NCBI GenBank assembly: GCA_963709585.1
Contig: CAVPXI010000006.1
Coordinates: forward strand, 64,001 to 128,000
Source of the DNA: Candidatus Dormiibacterota bacterium
GTDB lineage: Bacteria > Chloroflexota > Dormibacteria > Aeolococcales > Aeolococcaceae
Reading direction: 5' to 3'
Length of the DNA: 64,000 nucleotides
Shown: positions 37,141 to 47,753 of the stretch, one piece after another
How positions within the stretch are numbered: position 1 is the first letter of the stretch
Layout: each line of letters begins with the position of its first letter
Translations under genes and position numbers: made by a program
The notes under the pieces: model-generated
What the model saw: only the letters and a program-made list of their open reading frames with translations
What the model was told of the DNA's origin: nothing
The model's database searches: none

Positions 37141-37571
37141 GCGTCCGACCCGGGGTTCTCCTGGTCGGGCTGGCACAGCTCGGTGAGCACCCCGCCTGCC
37201 GCCGAGGGATGGAGGAACGCCACCAGGCGGCCGGCGGCGCCCCGTCGTGGACAGGTGTCGAGGAGTTGGAGGCCGAGCTCGGCGAAGTGGTCGATGCTGG
37301 CCTGAACGTCGTCGACGCCGTAGGCGACGTGATGGAGGCCGCTGCCCCGCCGGGCCAGGAACCCCGCGATCTTCGACTCCGGGCCGGTGCTCCCGAGCAG
37401 CTCGATGCGCAACTCCCCCACCTCGAACATGACCGCCTCGATGCCGTCGGAGGCGACGACCTGGCGGTGCACGGGGGTGGAGCCGGTCAGGCGCTCGTAG
37501 GTCGCGATCGCGACGTCGAGGTCGGCGACGGCGATTCCCACGTGGTCGATCCTCGTGAATGCGCTCGCCAT
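37137..37571 (-). CDS. mce: Methylmalonyl-CoA epimerase
   Basis: IDHVGIAV, IELL, GLHHVAY, FLHP and GVLTELCQ motifs. Confidence 0.93.
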   Translation of the reverse strand: MASAFTRIDHVGIAVADLDVAIATYERLTGSTPVHRQVVASDGIEAVMFEVGELRIELLGSTGPESKIAGFLARRGSGLHHVAYGVDDVQASIDHFAELGLQLLDTCPRRGAAGRLVAFLHPSAAGGVLTELCQPDQENPGSDA

Positions 37572-37646
37572 CGTCGGCCGAGTATAGGAAGCAATACGGC
37601 AACGCCGCGTTCGCGTCGGGGAACTCGATGCTAGCGTCCAGACGCC

Positions 37647-38918
37647 GTGAGCACCCGTCGCGCGGTCGCAGTCGCGGCCGCCGTCAGCACCGTCCTTCTC
37701 GCGTATTACGCGATCTCATGGGCCCAGGTGACCCCGGTTCGCGAACGCGGAACCGACTTCTCCGCCTCGTACGTGGCGGCGCTCCTGGTGCGCGGTGGTG
37801 ATGGAGCCGGACTCTACGACCAGCAGGCCGAGCATTCCCGACACCTGACCCTGCTCCCTGCCGGCACGGTCATCGACCTGCCCTTCATCACGCCCCCGAC
37901 CACAGCGCTGCTCGCCCTCCCTCTCACCGTCCTCGACCCGGGAACCGCCTTCAGGGTCTGGTCGGTCATGGAGCTCGCGCTGCTCGCGCTCGCCGTGTGG
38001 GTGGCGATCCGCGCCGGACCCTGGCCGTCGCGCCTCGGGCGCGCACCTCGAGCGGCCACGATGCTGATGGCGATCGCCGCCGGCGGGACCTACGCGTTCC
38101 TGCTGCTTGGTCAGATCGATGGCATCGCCGCCCTCGGCCTCGCGGCCTCATACGCGGCCTGGCGCAAGGATCGGCCCGCTGCCGCCGGCTTCTGCTTGGC
38201 GCTCGCTTTCGCCGCCACCAAGCCCCATCTTGCTATCGGGCTCGGCGTCTGGCTGGTCGCGCGCCGCGACTGGCGAGCACTCGGCGGGGCCGCGGCCGGC
38301 TGCGCAGCCGTCGCCGCCGTGTCCCTGGCACTGGTCGGCCCGGGGGGCCTCGCCGGGTTCGTGTCGGCATTGGGATTCGCCGTCGGCAACACCCCGGGAG
38401 CGAGCACGCTCGGCATTCCCGGGCTGGTGGCGTCCTGGCTCGGGGGGGGCACGGTCCCGGCGGCCATCGGGGTCACGGGGTCACTGATCGCGCTCGGCGG
38501 CTGCGGCCTGCTCGGGGCGCGATCGCGCGGCAACCGCGGAGCGCTCGAAGCCTCGCTCGCGGGTGCGGCGGCACTGTCGCTGGTGGCGTCCCCGCATCTC
38601 CTGCCCCACGACCTCGTGATCCTCGCACCGGCCTTCGCGTGGTGCGCGGCACGAGCCGCCGTCGCCGAGAGCGCGCCATGGCCGGGTCTGGCGACGATCC
38701 GGCTGATCGCGGCGTGGGCCGTGCTCGGCGTGCTCACCCTCGTCGATACCGGGAACGCGGCGCCCGCGCCTCCGGGGCGGCTCGTGCCCGTGGGGCTGCT
38801 CGGGATCGGCATCGCCGCCCTGATGATCCCTCCGTCGAGACCTCGCGTCGAGAATCCGGCGCGGGTCGCTCTCGCTCAGTCCGGCAGCGGAAGCGGCGCC
38901 GGGGGGTCGACGGCGTAG
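37647..38918 (+). CDS. GT-C fold glycosyltransferase (GT87/DUF2029)
   Basis: TDFSASY..A, LYD, PF..PP, GQ, KPHL and SPHLLPHD motifs; multi-TM. Confidence 0.85.
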   Translation: MSTRRAVAVAAAVSTVLLAYYAISWAQVTPVRERGTDFSASYVAALLVRGGDGAGLYDQQAEHSRHLTLLPAGTVIDLPFITPPTTALLALPLTVLDPGTAFRVWSVMELALLALAVWVAIRAGPWPSRLGRAPRAATMLMAIAAGGTYAFLLLGQIDGIAALGLAASYAAWRKDRPAAAGFCLALAFAATKPHLAIGLGVWLVARRDWRALGGAAAGCAAVAAVSLALVGPGGLAGFVSALGFAVGNTPGASTLGIPGLVASWLGGGTVPAAIGVTGSLIALGGCGLLGARSRGNRGALEASLAGAAALSLVASPHLLPHDLVILAPAFAWCAARAAVAESAPWPGLATIRLIAAWAVLGVLTLVDTGNAAPAPPGRLVPVGLLGIGIAALMIPPSRPRVENPARVALAQSGSGSGAGGSTA

Positions 38919-39793
38919 TCGTAGAAGCCGCGACCGTTCTTGCGGCCGAGGCGGCCGGCATTGACCATGCGCTCGAGGATCGCCACGGTCGCGACGTCGC
39001 CCGGGGCGTGGTCGCGTTGCATGCGGTCCCGGCGAATCGTCAGCACGGTATCGAGACCTGAGAAGTCGGAGAGCTGGAAGGGGCCCATCGGCCAGTTGAG
39101 CCCTTTGCGCACTGCGGTGTCGATGTCCTCCGCCGACGCAACCCCGCCCTTGAGCAGTGAGAAGGCCTCCCGGGACGCCGCGCCCAGGATGCGGTTGACG
39201 ATGAAGCCGTCGATCTCCTTCTCGACCACGATCGGCGTCCGGCCCATCCGCCGCGACCAGGCGACCGCACGGGCGCAGGTCTCGTCGGAGGTTTCGGGGC
39301 CGCGCACCACCTCGCACAGGTCCATGACCAGGACGGGGTGGAAGAAGTGCATGTTGCAGCAGAGCTCCGGACGCGCCGTCGCATCCGCGAGCCGTGAGAC
39401 CACGATGTTGCTCGAGTTGGTGGCGATCCCCGCATGCGCCGGCAGGTGCGCGTCCAGCGCGGCGAAGACCTCGCGCTTGACCGATGGCAGCTCGACGACC
39501 GCCTCGATCGCCCACGCCGAATCCGACGCCGCCGAGGCGAGGTCGGTCGTCGCCGTCACGCGGCGCGCGGCCGACTTCGCCTCCGCGCGTTCGAGCTTGC
39601 CCTTGTCGACACGGCGGTCGAGCCACTGGCGGTTCGACGCCATCGCGCGCTGGAGAGTCTTGGCGTCCACGTCGACGAGCGAGACTTCGATGCCGTGGAG
39701 CGCTGCCTGCTGTGCGATCTGCGCTCCCATGGTCCCGGCTCCCACGACGAGGAGACGCCCCTGGTCCCCACCGTCCGGCACGGTTGACGTCAT
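38876..39793 (-). CDS. 3-hydroxyacyl-CoA dehydrogenase
   Basis: VVGAGTMG, IEAVVE, ATNSS, MHFFHP, GFIVNR and PMGPF motifs. Confidence 0.93.
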   Translation of the reverse strand: MTSTVPDGGDQGRLLVVGAGTMGAQIAQQAALHGIEVSLVDVDAKTLQRAMASNRQWLDRRVDKGKLERAEAKSAARRVTATTDLASAASDSAWAIEAVVELPSVKREVFAALDAHLPAHAGIATNSSNIVVSRLADATARPELCCNMHFFHPVLVMDLCEVVRGPETSDETCARAVAWSRRMGRTPIVVEKEIDGFIVNRILGAASREAFSLLKGGVASAEDIDTAVRKGLNWPMGPFQLSDFSGLDTVLTIRRDRMQRDHAPGDVATVAILERMVNAGRLGRKNGRGFYDYAVDPPAPLPLPD

Positions 39794-39797
39794 CCGC

Positions 39798-40235
39798 TCA
39801 GCTTTCGTCCGGCCACCTGACCGGCACGCGGGTGGTGCAGTTGGTGAGCTCTTGCGAGGCCTTGGTGTAGCGGATGATCGTCGGGAAGTCGCCCTTCAGC
39901 TTCAGCCGGCCGAGCATGATCCCCTTGGTGGCGTCCAGCTCTTTTTGCGCCACCTGCTTCCAGCGCGAATACGCACCGGTGATCACGAACCTGGCCTGTT
40001 GCGCGTCCTCGCGCGTCCCGACGCGGACGTCGCGCGCCTCACCGTGCCACAGATCGAGGAACACACCGCGGTCGTCCGGGAAGTTCTTGTCCGGCTCGGC
40101 GAGCACCACCAGTCCGACCGTGCCCTCCCAACCCGCCGCCGCCTGCTTGTAGATCGACGACTTGTTGATCTCGGCCTTGAACGCGTCGGCCCACTCCTGG
40201 CTGTAGGCCTCGACGACGACGTCGCTGTCTGCCAC
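39798..40235 (-). CDS. SCP2 sterol/lipid-binding domain protein
   Basis: SQEWADA...IN, LDLWHGE and M.GRLKLKGD motifs. Confidence 0.8.
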   Translation of the reverse strand: MADSDVVVEAYSQEWADAFKAEINKSSIYKQAAAGWEGTVGLVVLAEPDKNFPDDRGVFLDLWHGEARDVRVGTREDAQQARFVITGAYSRWKQVAQKELDATKGIMLGRLKLKGDFPTIIRYTKASQELTNCTTRVPVRWPDES

Positions 40236-40550
40236 TGCTCTGCCTCCTTGGACGTGGGCTCCGGCGCCGCCGGGCAGCTAAGTGTGCGTTTCCTGCTTCA
40301 CTCTCCGCCACCGGCGTGAACCTGCCATTCTCTGCATATGTCCCGAACCACGCCGATGACCGTCGATGCCACGTGCGCGCGCTGCGACGGCACCCGGGTC
40401 ATTCCGCTGACCTTCGGCGATCGTCAGACCGGCTACGAACAACCCGGATACAAGTGCCCCGATTGCGGTGCGCGCTTTCAAGCCCTGCACAACCAGCGAC
40501 TTCCGCGCCCGATCTGAGCGGGGGGCGCGCCGCGTTGGCCATCGCGTCTA

Positions 40551-42731
40551 TCAGCCTTGCGCAGGCTCCTTGAGGGCGCGCGCGACGTAGACGGCCACGT
40601 CGTCGACCGCAATCGAACCGCCGATCTGCTTGGCCGAGATGCCTTCGTCGAACATGGCCAGGCAGAAGGGGCACGCGGTCGCGACCTTGGTGGCGTGCGT
40701 GTCCACCGCCTGGTCGACCCTGCGATGGTTGACCCGCGGCTGGTCCTCCTCCATCCACATCCTGCCGCCGCCGGCTCCGCAGCACATCCCCTCGCTCTTG
40801 CTCCGGGCCATCTCGACGACTCTCAGGCCGGGAATGCGCTCGAGGATCTCCCGGGGAGGGGCGAAGATGTCATTCCAGCGACCCAGGTAGCAGGAGTCGT
40901 GGTACGTGATCGTTTCGTCCTGCGCTTTGGCCGGATCGAGTGTGATCCGCCCTTCCTTGAGCAGGCGATCGATCAGCTGGGTGTGATGGACGACCTCGTA
41001 CTCGCCGCCGAAGTCCCCGTACTCGTTGGCGAATGTGTTGAAGCAATGCGGGCACGACGCGATGATCTTGCGCACGTTGTGCCGCTTGAGCACCTCGACG
41101 TTCTCCTTTGCGCGCTCCTGAAAGAGGTACTCGTTCCCGATCCGTCGCGCGGGATCGCCGGTGCACTTCTCCTCGGTGCCGAGGATGGCGAAATCCACAC
41201 CTGCGGCCTGAAGGATCTTCGAAAGCGCCGCCGCGATCGTCCTGGCGCGCTCGTCGAAGGATGCGGCGCACCCGACCCAGTACAGGTACTCGGCGTCAGG
41301 TTTGTCGGCGATGAATGACACGCCGAGGTCCTTCGCCCAATCCGCTCGCGACTGGTGGGAAAGGCCGTACGGGTTGGCGACGTTCTCGATGTTGCGCAGC
41401 GCCGATTCCGCCTGCTTCGGCAGGCGCGATTCGTCGAGGACGAGATGCCGGCGCATGTCCATGATCTTGGGAACATGCTCGATCAGTACCGGGCACTGAT
41501 CCATGCACGCACCGCATGTGGTGCAGGACCAGAGCGTCTCTTCGAGGATGGTGCCGCCGATCAGCGGTCGCGTTCCCCCGGCCGGAACCGCCGCGGCCAC
41601 CTCCTCGGGTGACAGCCACGAGGGTTGAAAATGCCCGGGCAGATCGTGCTCGGCGCCGGGGTGATGATCGCCGGTCGTCCACATCGCCGCGCCATCGCCG
41701 GACGTCTGGGCGATGTGGGCGTCGTGCCTGGTGGCGGCGTAGCCGCCCGCGAGGTTCTCGTACGCGAGGTCGCGGAGGTCGGTGATCAGTGTCTTCGGGG
41801 ACAGCGGCTTGCCCGTGTTGTATGCCGGGCAGTGGGTCTGGCACCGACCGCACTCCGTGCAGGTATAGAGGTCGAGCGTGTCCTTCCATGAGAAGTGCTC
41901 GAGCGCGCCGGCGCCGAAGTGCTGGTCCGCCTCGTTCTCCGCATTCATCACGGCCTCGAGATCGACGGTTCGAAACGCTCCCTTCGGTCGTTCGTTCTTG
42001 AAGAAGACGTTGGGCACCGAAGTGATGATGTGGAGATGCTTGCTGTAGCCGAGGTAGACGAGAAATCCGAAGACCAGGGTCAGGTGTGCCCAGAACAAGA
42101 TGCCGTGAATGACGATCAGCGCCTCGCTCCCCGAGCCGAGCGGCCGGAAAATGCCGGCGAGTGCGGACGCGATGGGTCGCCACTGACCGACCGCTTCGGG
42201 GGCGCCTTCGGCGATCCGCGTGGCGTAGTTGAGCTCCATGCAGATGAGGAGCACGGCGATCCACACGAGGATGAGGATGGCGTCACCACGGTGGCTGCCT
42301 CGAAATCGCGTGGGATTGATCACCAGCCGGTTGAACAGTGCCATCGCGATGCCGCAGATCACGACGAAGAAGAACAGGTCCTGCAGGAAAGCGATCGCGC
42401 CGCTCCCAGGGAGCAGGTTGAACTGAAACCCTTGCCAGAGCGCTTCGACGATCCCCTGTGCAATCGCGGTGAGCAGCACCACGAAGCCCCAGAAGATGAA
42501 GGCGTGCAGAAGACCCGCGAATGGCCACCTGAGCAACCGTCCCTGCGCCACCACGTACACGAAGAAGGCGCGCACTCGCGACGCCGGGTGGTCGAGGCGG
42601 CGCTCGGGGCGAGTCGATCGGCGCATCTCACCGAGCAGCCTTCGCCAGCGCAGCCCGCTCGCGGTCAGCGACGCTCCGGCGAGCAGCACCAACGCGATCG
42701 GACTGAGGATCGCGGTCGCAGCCGCGGACAT
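40551..42731 (-). CDS. FadF/HdrD-like membrane Fe-S oxidoreductase (TM domain, 2x4Fe-4S, two CCG domains)
   Basis: SKHLHI, CTECGRCQTHCP, CTTCGACMDQCP, YWVGC, CPHC, YHDSCYLGR, CCGAGGG and ACPFC motifs. Confidence 0.9.
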   Translation of the reverse strand: MSAAATAILSPIALVLLAGASLTASGLRWRRLLGEMRRSTRPERRLDHPASRVRAFFVYVVAQGRLLRWPFAGLLHAFIFWGFVVLLTAIAQGIVEALWQGFQFNLLPGSGAIAFLQDLFFFVVICGIAMALFNRLVINPTRFRGSHRGDAILILVWIAVLLICMELNYATRIAEGAPEAVGQWRPIASALAGIFRPLGSGSEALIVIHGILFWAHLTLVFGFLVYLGYSKHLHIITSVPNVFFKNERPKGAFRTVDLEAVMNAENEADQHFGAGALEHFSWKDTLDLYTCTECGRCQTHCPAYNTGKPLSPKTLITDLRDLAYENLAGGYAATRHDAHIAQTSGDGAAMWTTGDHHPGAEHDLPGHFQPSWLSPEEVAAAVPAGGTRPLIGGTILEETLWSCTTCGACMDQCPVLIEHVPKIMDMRRHLVLDESRLPKQAESALRNIENVANPYGLSHQSRADWAKDLGVSFIADKPDAEYLYWVGCAASFDERARTIAAALSKILQAAGVDFAILGTEEKCTGDPARRIGNEYLFQERAKENVEVLKRHNVRKIIASCPHCFNTFANEYGDFGGEYEVVHHTQLIDRLLKEGRITLDPAKAQDETITYHDSCYLGRWNDIFAPPREILERIPGLRVVEMARSKSEGMCCGAGGGRMWMEEDQPRVNHRRVDQAVDTHATKVATACPFCLAMFDEGISAKQIGGSIAVDDVAVYVARALKEPAQG

Positions 42732-43504
42732 CAACGCCCTTTCCACTCCGGTGGACGTTTCTGCATGAAAGCCGCGATGCCCTCCTGAGCGTCCTCGGTG
42801 GCGAAGAGCGCCACGAACTCGCGTCGCTCCTCCTTGAGCGCATCGGAGATGGGAAGTTGCGCGCCGGCGCGCATCGCGCGCTTGGTGGCAGCCAGCGCCA
42901 GGGGCGCCCTGGCGGCGAGAAGCTCGGCCCAGCGACGCGCCGCCGCGGCAAGCTCGTCGGGTTCGACGACCTCTGCGACCAATCCGATTGCCAGCGCCCG
43001 GTCGGCATCGATCGGATCGCCGGTGAGCAGCAACTCGGTGGCACGCGCGCTGCCGATCAGCCGAGGGAGCCGCTGCGTCCCGCCCCAGCCCGGGATGATC
43101 CCGAGCTTGATCTCCGGCTGACCGAAGCGCGCGGTACGCGCTGCAAGACGAACGTCGCAGGCAAGCGTCAACTCGCAGCCGCCGCCGAATGCGATGCCGT
43201 TAACCGCGGCGATGACGGGGAGCCGCGACGCCTCGAAGAGCAGGGTGAGATCGGTCGCCTTGCCGATCGCATCGGCGCCCGCGCCGAAGCCGGTGATGTC
43301 GGCACCGGCGGAGAAGAACTTGGGTCCGCTCCCGGTGATGACCAGGGCGCGGCAGGACTCATCGGCTTCGGCATTCGCGAGGCCCTCGACCAGGCCGTTG
43401 ACCACATCCCCGTTGACCGCGTTCGCCGGAGGGTGGTCGATGGTGAGCGTGACGACCGCGCCCTCGCGCTCGACGCGGATGACGTCGTGGAGAACCTGAC
43501 CCAC
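42731..43504 (-). CDS. Enoyl-CoA hydratase/isomerase
   Basis: FSAGADI, AAVNGIAFGGGCEL and GQPEIKLGIIPGWGGTQRL motifs. Confidence 0.95.
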   Translation of the reverse strand: MGQVLHDVIRVEREGAVVTLTIDHPPANAVNGDVVNGLVEGLANAEADESCRALVITGSGPKFFSAGADITGFGAGADAIGKATDLTLLFEASRLPVIAAVNGIAFGGGCELTLACDVRLAARTARFGQPEIKLGIIPGWGGTQRLPRLIGSARATELLLTGDPIDADRALAIGLVAEVVEPDELAAAARRWAELLAARAPLALAATKRAMRAGAQLPISDALKEERREFVALFATEDAQEGIAAFMQKRPPEWKGR

Positions 43505-43608
43505 GGGCTGTGCCTCCCTCGCGTGCGATGACAGTTGTGTGCGTAGTACAGCAAATGGACGGTCGCGCGCCGCGAGGCCGGCTCAGGCTGCGAGTAGAGT
43601 GCGTAGCG

Positions 43609-44181
43609 GTGGAGCTTCCCCCGATCGGCGACCGCGTCGAGCCCGACGCACTTCGCGCGTTGAGCGACGACGCCCTCGATGCTCTGGGGGCCGACCTGCA
43701 GGCGACCGAGCGCGCCACCATCGCGGCGATGGCCCCGTACGAGCAGCATCTCCGCGAGATCCGCACCCGCGCCACCGAGCTGGCAACCGAGCGCCGGCGG
43801 CGCGAGCGTGCTCAGCAGGTTGCGCAAAGGGCAGGCGTCCGCGAGGCCGCAAAGTCGGGCGGCATGCCGAGCCTGGCGGCGGCGCTGGCAAGCGGGGACG
43901 ACCTTTTCGACGGGGCAACGCCGCTGACCGGCGTGCAGGCATTTCTCAGCACCGGCGGCGAGGTCGGCTTCGGCTTTGCGACGCGGCCGGGGACCATGAC
44001 CTTCACCGATGGGCGCCAGCAACGCATGGCACGCACCTGGGGCGAGGCGCGCGAGTTGCATGCGCTCGGGTGGGATCCAGGCGCGCCGGGGGTTCCCGGT
44101 GTGCGTGTGCACCTCGCCGGCAGCCGCGTCGAGCGCGTGGTGCCGGCGTCGGAGGTGGTGCTCGCCGCCGCGGCGGAGTAA
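43609..44181 (+). CDS. Hypothetical protein (N-terminal coiled coil)
   Basis: Protein-like ORF with GC3-rich codons filling the gap between enoyl-CoA hydratase and tmk; TAGAGT box 8 nt upstream of the GTG. Confidence 0.7.
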   Translation: MELPPIGDRVEPDALRALSDDALDALGADLQATERATIAAMAPYEQHLREIRTRATELATERRRRERAQQVAQRAGVREAAKSGGMPSLAAALASGDDLFDGATPLTGVQAFLSTGGEVGFGFATRPGTMTFTDGRQQRMARTWGEARELHALGWDPGAPGVPGVRVHLAGSRVERVVPASEVVLAAAAE

Positions 44182-44235
44182 CCGCGCCTACGTGCTCTCC
44201 GCGACCGTTACCAACCCCACCAGGGTGAAGGCGGA

Positions 44236-44946
44236 TCAGCCGACCGGCGCGCTGCCATAGGGGCTCGACTCAAAACCACCGGTGCTCCTCGCCGGCGGCG
44301 ATGCCGGGGCCGGCGCGGGGAGCCGCTGCACGATGACCTTCTCGACATCACGCGAGACGGCGATCGCGGGTCGGGTGGCGTCGACGCGCACGAACCTTCG
44401 CGGATGCTGCGCCGCCAGTTGCTCGAAGGCGGCCTCCACGGCCGCGTGAAACGTCTCGGGCGCGACCTCGAAGCGGTCGAGCGGTAGCTGCTGGGCGCGC
44501 TGCCGCTGTGCCGCATTCGCCGCAGGGATTGCGAGATACAAGGTGAGGTCGGGCCAGACGTCGCCGCACGCGGCTGCGTGCAGCCGGAGCAGGTCACCGG
44601 GTGGGATGCCTCTTCCGCCACCCTGATATGCGATCGTCGAGTCGGCGTAGCGATCGGCGATGACCACGCTGCCACGCCGGAGTGCCGGCAGGATCATCTC
44701 GTGCAACAACTGCACGCGTTCCGCGGTGAAGAGCAGCGCCTCGGCCCACGCCTCGAGCGCAGGTCCTCGCTGGTGCTGGAGCACGAAGCTATGCAGGATC
44801 TCACCGAGCGGGGTCTCGTTCGGCTGCACCGTTACGACGTCATGCCCTTGCTGGCGCAACGCACCCGCCAGCGACGCGACCTGGGTGCTCTTCCCCGCAC
44901 CGTCAAGCCCCTCGAACGAGATGAAAAAGCCGCGCCAGACGCTCAT
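44236..44946 (-). CDS. tmk: Thymidylate kinase
   Basis: FISFEGLDGAGKSTQ, EALLF, DRYADSTIAYQG, PDLT and DRFE motifs. Confidence 0.95.
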   Translation of the reverse strand: MSVWRGFFISFEGLDGAGKSTQVASLAGALRQQGHDVVTVQPNETPLGEILHSFVLQHQRGPALEAWAEALLFTAERVQLLHEMILPALRRGSVVIADRYADSTIAYQGGGRGIPPGDLLRLHAAACGDVWPDLTLYLAIPAANAAQRQRAQQLPLDRFEVAPETFHAAVEAAFEQLAAQHPRRFVRVDATRPAIAVSRDVEKVIVQRLPAPAPASPPARSTGGFESSPYGSAPVG

Positions 44947-44990
44947 GTCAATCACCACTCCCCCGCCGTCGGGCCCCTCGCCCGAACGGC

Positions 44991-46662
44991 TCATTCCGAG
45001 GGTCGCAGTATGACGAGTCTGCGGTTGGGTTCGTCACCCGTGCTGCGTGCCGTGAGCGCGTGCTGTTCGACGAGCTGATGCTGGAGCCTGCGCACGTAAG
45101 CGTTCTGCGGTGTGAGCTCGACGTCGTTACCGGTTCGTTGCATCTGCTCGATACCCTCGAGCACATCCTGCATTGCCGGCTCGTTGTCACCGGACGTGTC
45201 GGCGGTTGTGTCCCCGGGCGCATCGACGCCGTACACCCGCGCGAGCGCACCCTTGATCTGCGCGACCGTGTTGCTGCGCAGCACCTGGATCGGGATGCCC
45301 GACGACTCGGCGGCGCGAACCGGCGAATCGTGGCGGCGGTAATAATTCTTCAAGGTGAGTACCAGGTCGGCGTCGTCAACGTGGTGCTGGATGCGGACTG
45401 GGAGGCGCATCTCGCGCAACGACTGCTCGAGGTAGCTGCGTGAGACCCCATATGGGAAGATCGAGAGCGGCGGTCCCGGACGCACCGGCGGAGCCGGTGG
45501 TTCCCACTCGCGCTCGCGTCGCTGCTGTCCGGCGATGTACTCATCGACGTCAAAGCGCCTCCGGCGCTCGCGAGTCCGCCTTCCGCCGCGTCCACCGCCC
45601 GGGAAAGGCGCCGGTTCGAAGGGCGACGGTCGGGTCGCGGCTGCGCTGGTGTCGACGCGACTGACGATCGCGCCCGACTCGTCGCGAGTTCCGCAGTTGC
45701 GGCGGGCGAACCCTGCCCCGCAGCGCCTCGTCCACGGTCTCCGCAAGCGGTGCATGCACGACCACGCGGTCGCGCTCCTGGATCTCGATGAGCACGTCGA
45801 AGGTGGGTGGCGATTTGCGCTCGAGCACCGACTTCTGCGTCCCGCGGCGCCGAGCCTCCTCGTCCGACAGGGTCACCGTCTGAATCCCGCCGAGCAGATC
45901 GTTGAGCGTCGGATTGACCAGCAGCGAGTCGATGTTGGAGCCATGCGCGGTACCGACCAGCTGCACGCCGCGCTCAGCGATCGTCCGCGCCGCGACGGCT
46001 TCCAGCTCGGTGCCGATCTCGTCGATGACAATGCACTGTGGCATGTGGTTCTCCACCGCCTCGATCATCACCGCGTGCTGGAGCGCCGGTGTCCGGACCT
46101 GCATGCGGCGCGAGCGCCCGATGCCCGGGTGAGGGATGTCGCCGTCGCCGGCGATCTCGTTCGACGTGTCGACGATGACCACTCGCTTGCCACATTCGTC
46201 GCTGAGCACGCGTGCGCATTCGCGGAGCATGGTCGTCTTGCCGATACCCGGAGGACCGAGCAGCAGGATCGACTGGCCGCTGATGACCATGTCCTTGATG
46301 ATGTCGATCGTTCCGGTGACGGCGCGGCCAACCCTGCAGGTCAGCCCCACGATCGTGCCCTTGCGGTTGCGGATCGCGCTGATCCGGTGCAGCGTGCGCT
46401 CGATCCCCGCCCGATTGTCATCACCAAAGAGACCCACGTGCTCGGTGACATAGTCGATCTCGGCGTTGCCCACATTGGCGGAATCGAGGATGGCCTCGCC
46501 GTCGGTGAACCTCGCCTCGGGCTCGCGGCCGAGGTCGAGCACCACCTCGAGGAGGTCACCCCGTCCTTGCGAGAGCCGTTGCGCGGCGGAAGCGATGCGG
46601 GGCGGGAGCGCTGCGAAGAGCAGGATGAGCTCCTCTTCCCATGAGGATCCGTAGGGCATCAT
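44991..46662 (-). CDS. Ycf45/SpoIIIAA-like AAA ATPase with C-terminal R3H domain (apparent frameshift at ~45688)
   Basis: [31 protein letters not shown] and IDEIG motifs; C-terminal [11 protein letters not shown] in another frame, joined at GAGTTC 45686-45691. Confidence 0.88.
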
Positions 46663-47753
46663 CTGGGCGACGATCTCTGTCTCCTCGTTGTGGTCGTTGA
46701 CAGGACGCGGAGCGGAACCGAAGGCGCCGCTGATGGCACACTGCGAGCGATGCCGGCGTGGATCAGGACAGGCTTCTTGCGCCGCGAGGGCGCGTTGATG
46801 CGCACCTTCTCGCCAAGCTCGCTGATGAGCAGCAATTGGGTGCCGTAGACGGCAAACCCGCGTACCTGCAGGGCGCGGATCAACTCGAAGTCGTAGTGAC
46901 GGAGCACGCAGGACGCCGGTCCGGACGGCAGCTCCGCGAGCACCGCGTCGATGATGGCGTCACGCAACCCGGGATCGTGCCCCTCGCACATCATGCTGAG
47001 GCTCGCCGGCTGCGCGGCGGTGGGCGGCCGGATCGCCGCCCAGGCGACGATCCCCGGACGCTCGACCACCAGGTGACGGACGTTGTCGCGACCCAGCGAG
47101 GCGATGAGGCCCTGCGCGTATCCGGCCTGCCATGTCTTGAGCGAAGGACCCTCGACATCGGCGACGTGGGAGGGCGTCGTGCGCAGATAGAGCAGGTAGA
47201 TGGCCCCGATGTCATCTCGGCGCGCCGGGCGGATGAGCGTCGACTTCACGCAGGGTTCGGGTTCGGCTGCGGCCTGGTCGCGATAGAGGATCTGCTCGGT
47301 GGCGAACTGGGTGAAGCCGTGCTCGAGAAACACAGGAAGCAGCGGATGGTCGAGGGGCAGGCGCACGTGGACGCGCTGCACGCCGTGCTCGAGACCTTGG
47401 TTGCGCACTCCGTCGAGCAATTCGGCGCGGGCGAAATGACCGTGCGCCGTCGTCGATGTGCACAGGTTGAGGATCTGCCACGAGCGTGGGCGAACCGACA
47501 GCGACTGGACCTGGACGAAACCGACCACACCTTCCTTCGTGTCCTCGGCGACGAGCATCTCCTCCGAGACGTCGGTGATCGGCACCAGCGACGACAGCGA
47601 CTTGGTGAGCGCCTGCCAGAGTTGGAGCAACGTCGCCTGGGGCACGGGGCTGTCGAGGGTCATCTGCGCGCCGTGGCGCTCGTCCTCGGTTGCCTCGCGG
47701 TACAACTGCTCGATCCGCGCGAGGTCGCGAAACGATGCCGAGCGGATGATCAT
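46659..47753 (-). CDS. Hypothetical protein with tandem GNAT-like folds
   Basis: Two IR.A...D..I..LY starts, VVGFVQV and F..HGF / L..RGF motifs; ATGA-coupled to pdxT. Confidence 0.65.
   Translation of the reverse strand: MIIRSASFRDLARIEQLYREATEDERHGAQMTLDSPVPQATLLQLWQALTKSLSSLVPITDVSEEMLVAEDTKEGVVGFVQVQSLSVRPRSWQILNLCTSTTAHGHFARAELLDGVRNQGLEHGVQRVHVRLPLDHPLLPVFLEHGFTQFATEQILYRDQAAAEPEPCVKSTLIRPARRDDIGAIYLLYLRTTPSHVADVEGPSLKTWQAGYAQGLIASLGRDNVRHLVVERPGIVAWAAIRPPTAAQPASLSMMCEGHDPGLRDAIIDAVLAELPSGPASCVLRHYDFELIRALQVRGFAVYGTQLLLISELGEKVRINAPSRRKKPVLIHAGIARSVPSAAPSVPLRVLSTTTTRRQRSSPR

Noticed and set aside
37572-37646. Cobalamin riboswitch upstream of the mce-mutase genes
   Set aside because: The gap is only 75 bp, holds divergent -10 boxes and has no B12-box structure.
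40236-40550. 70-aa ORF (40278-40490) or a riboswitch in the 315-bp gap upstream of the SCP2 gene
   Set aside because: No recognisable family and no convincing riboswitch consensus; cannot be supported without a search.
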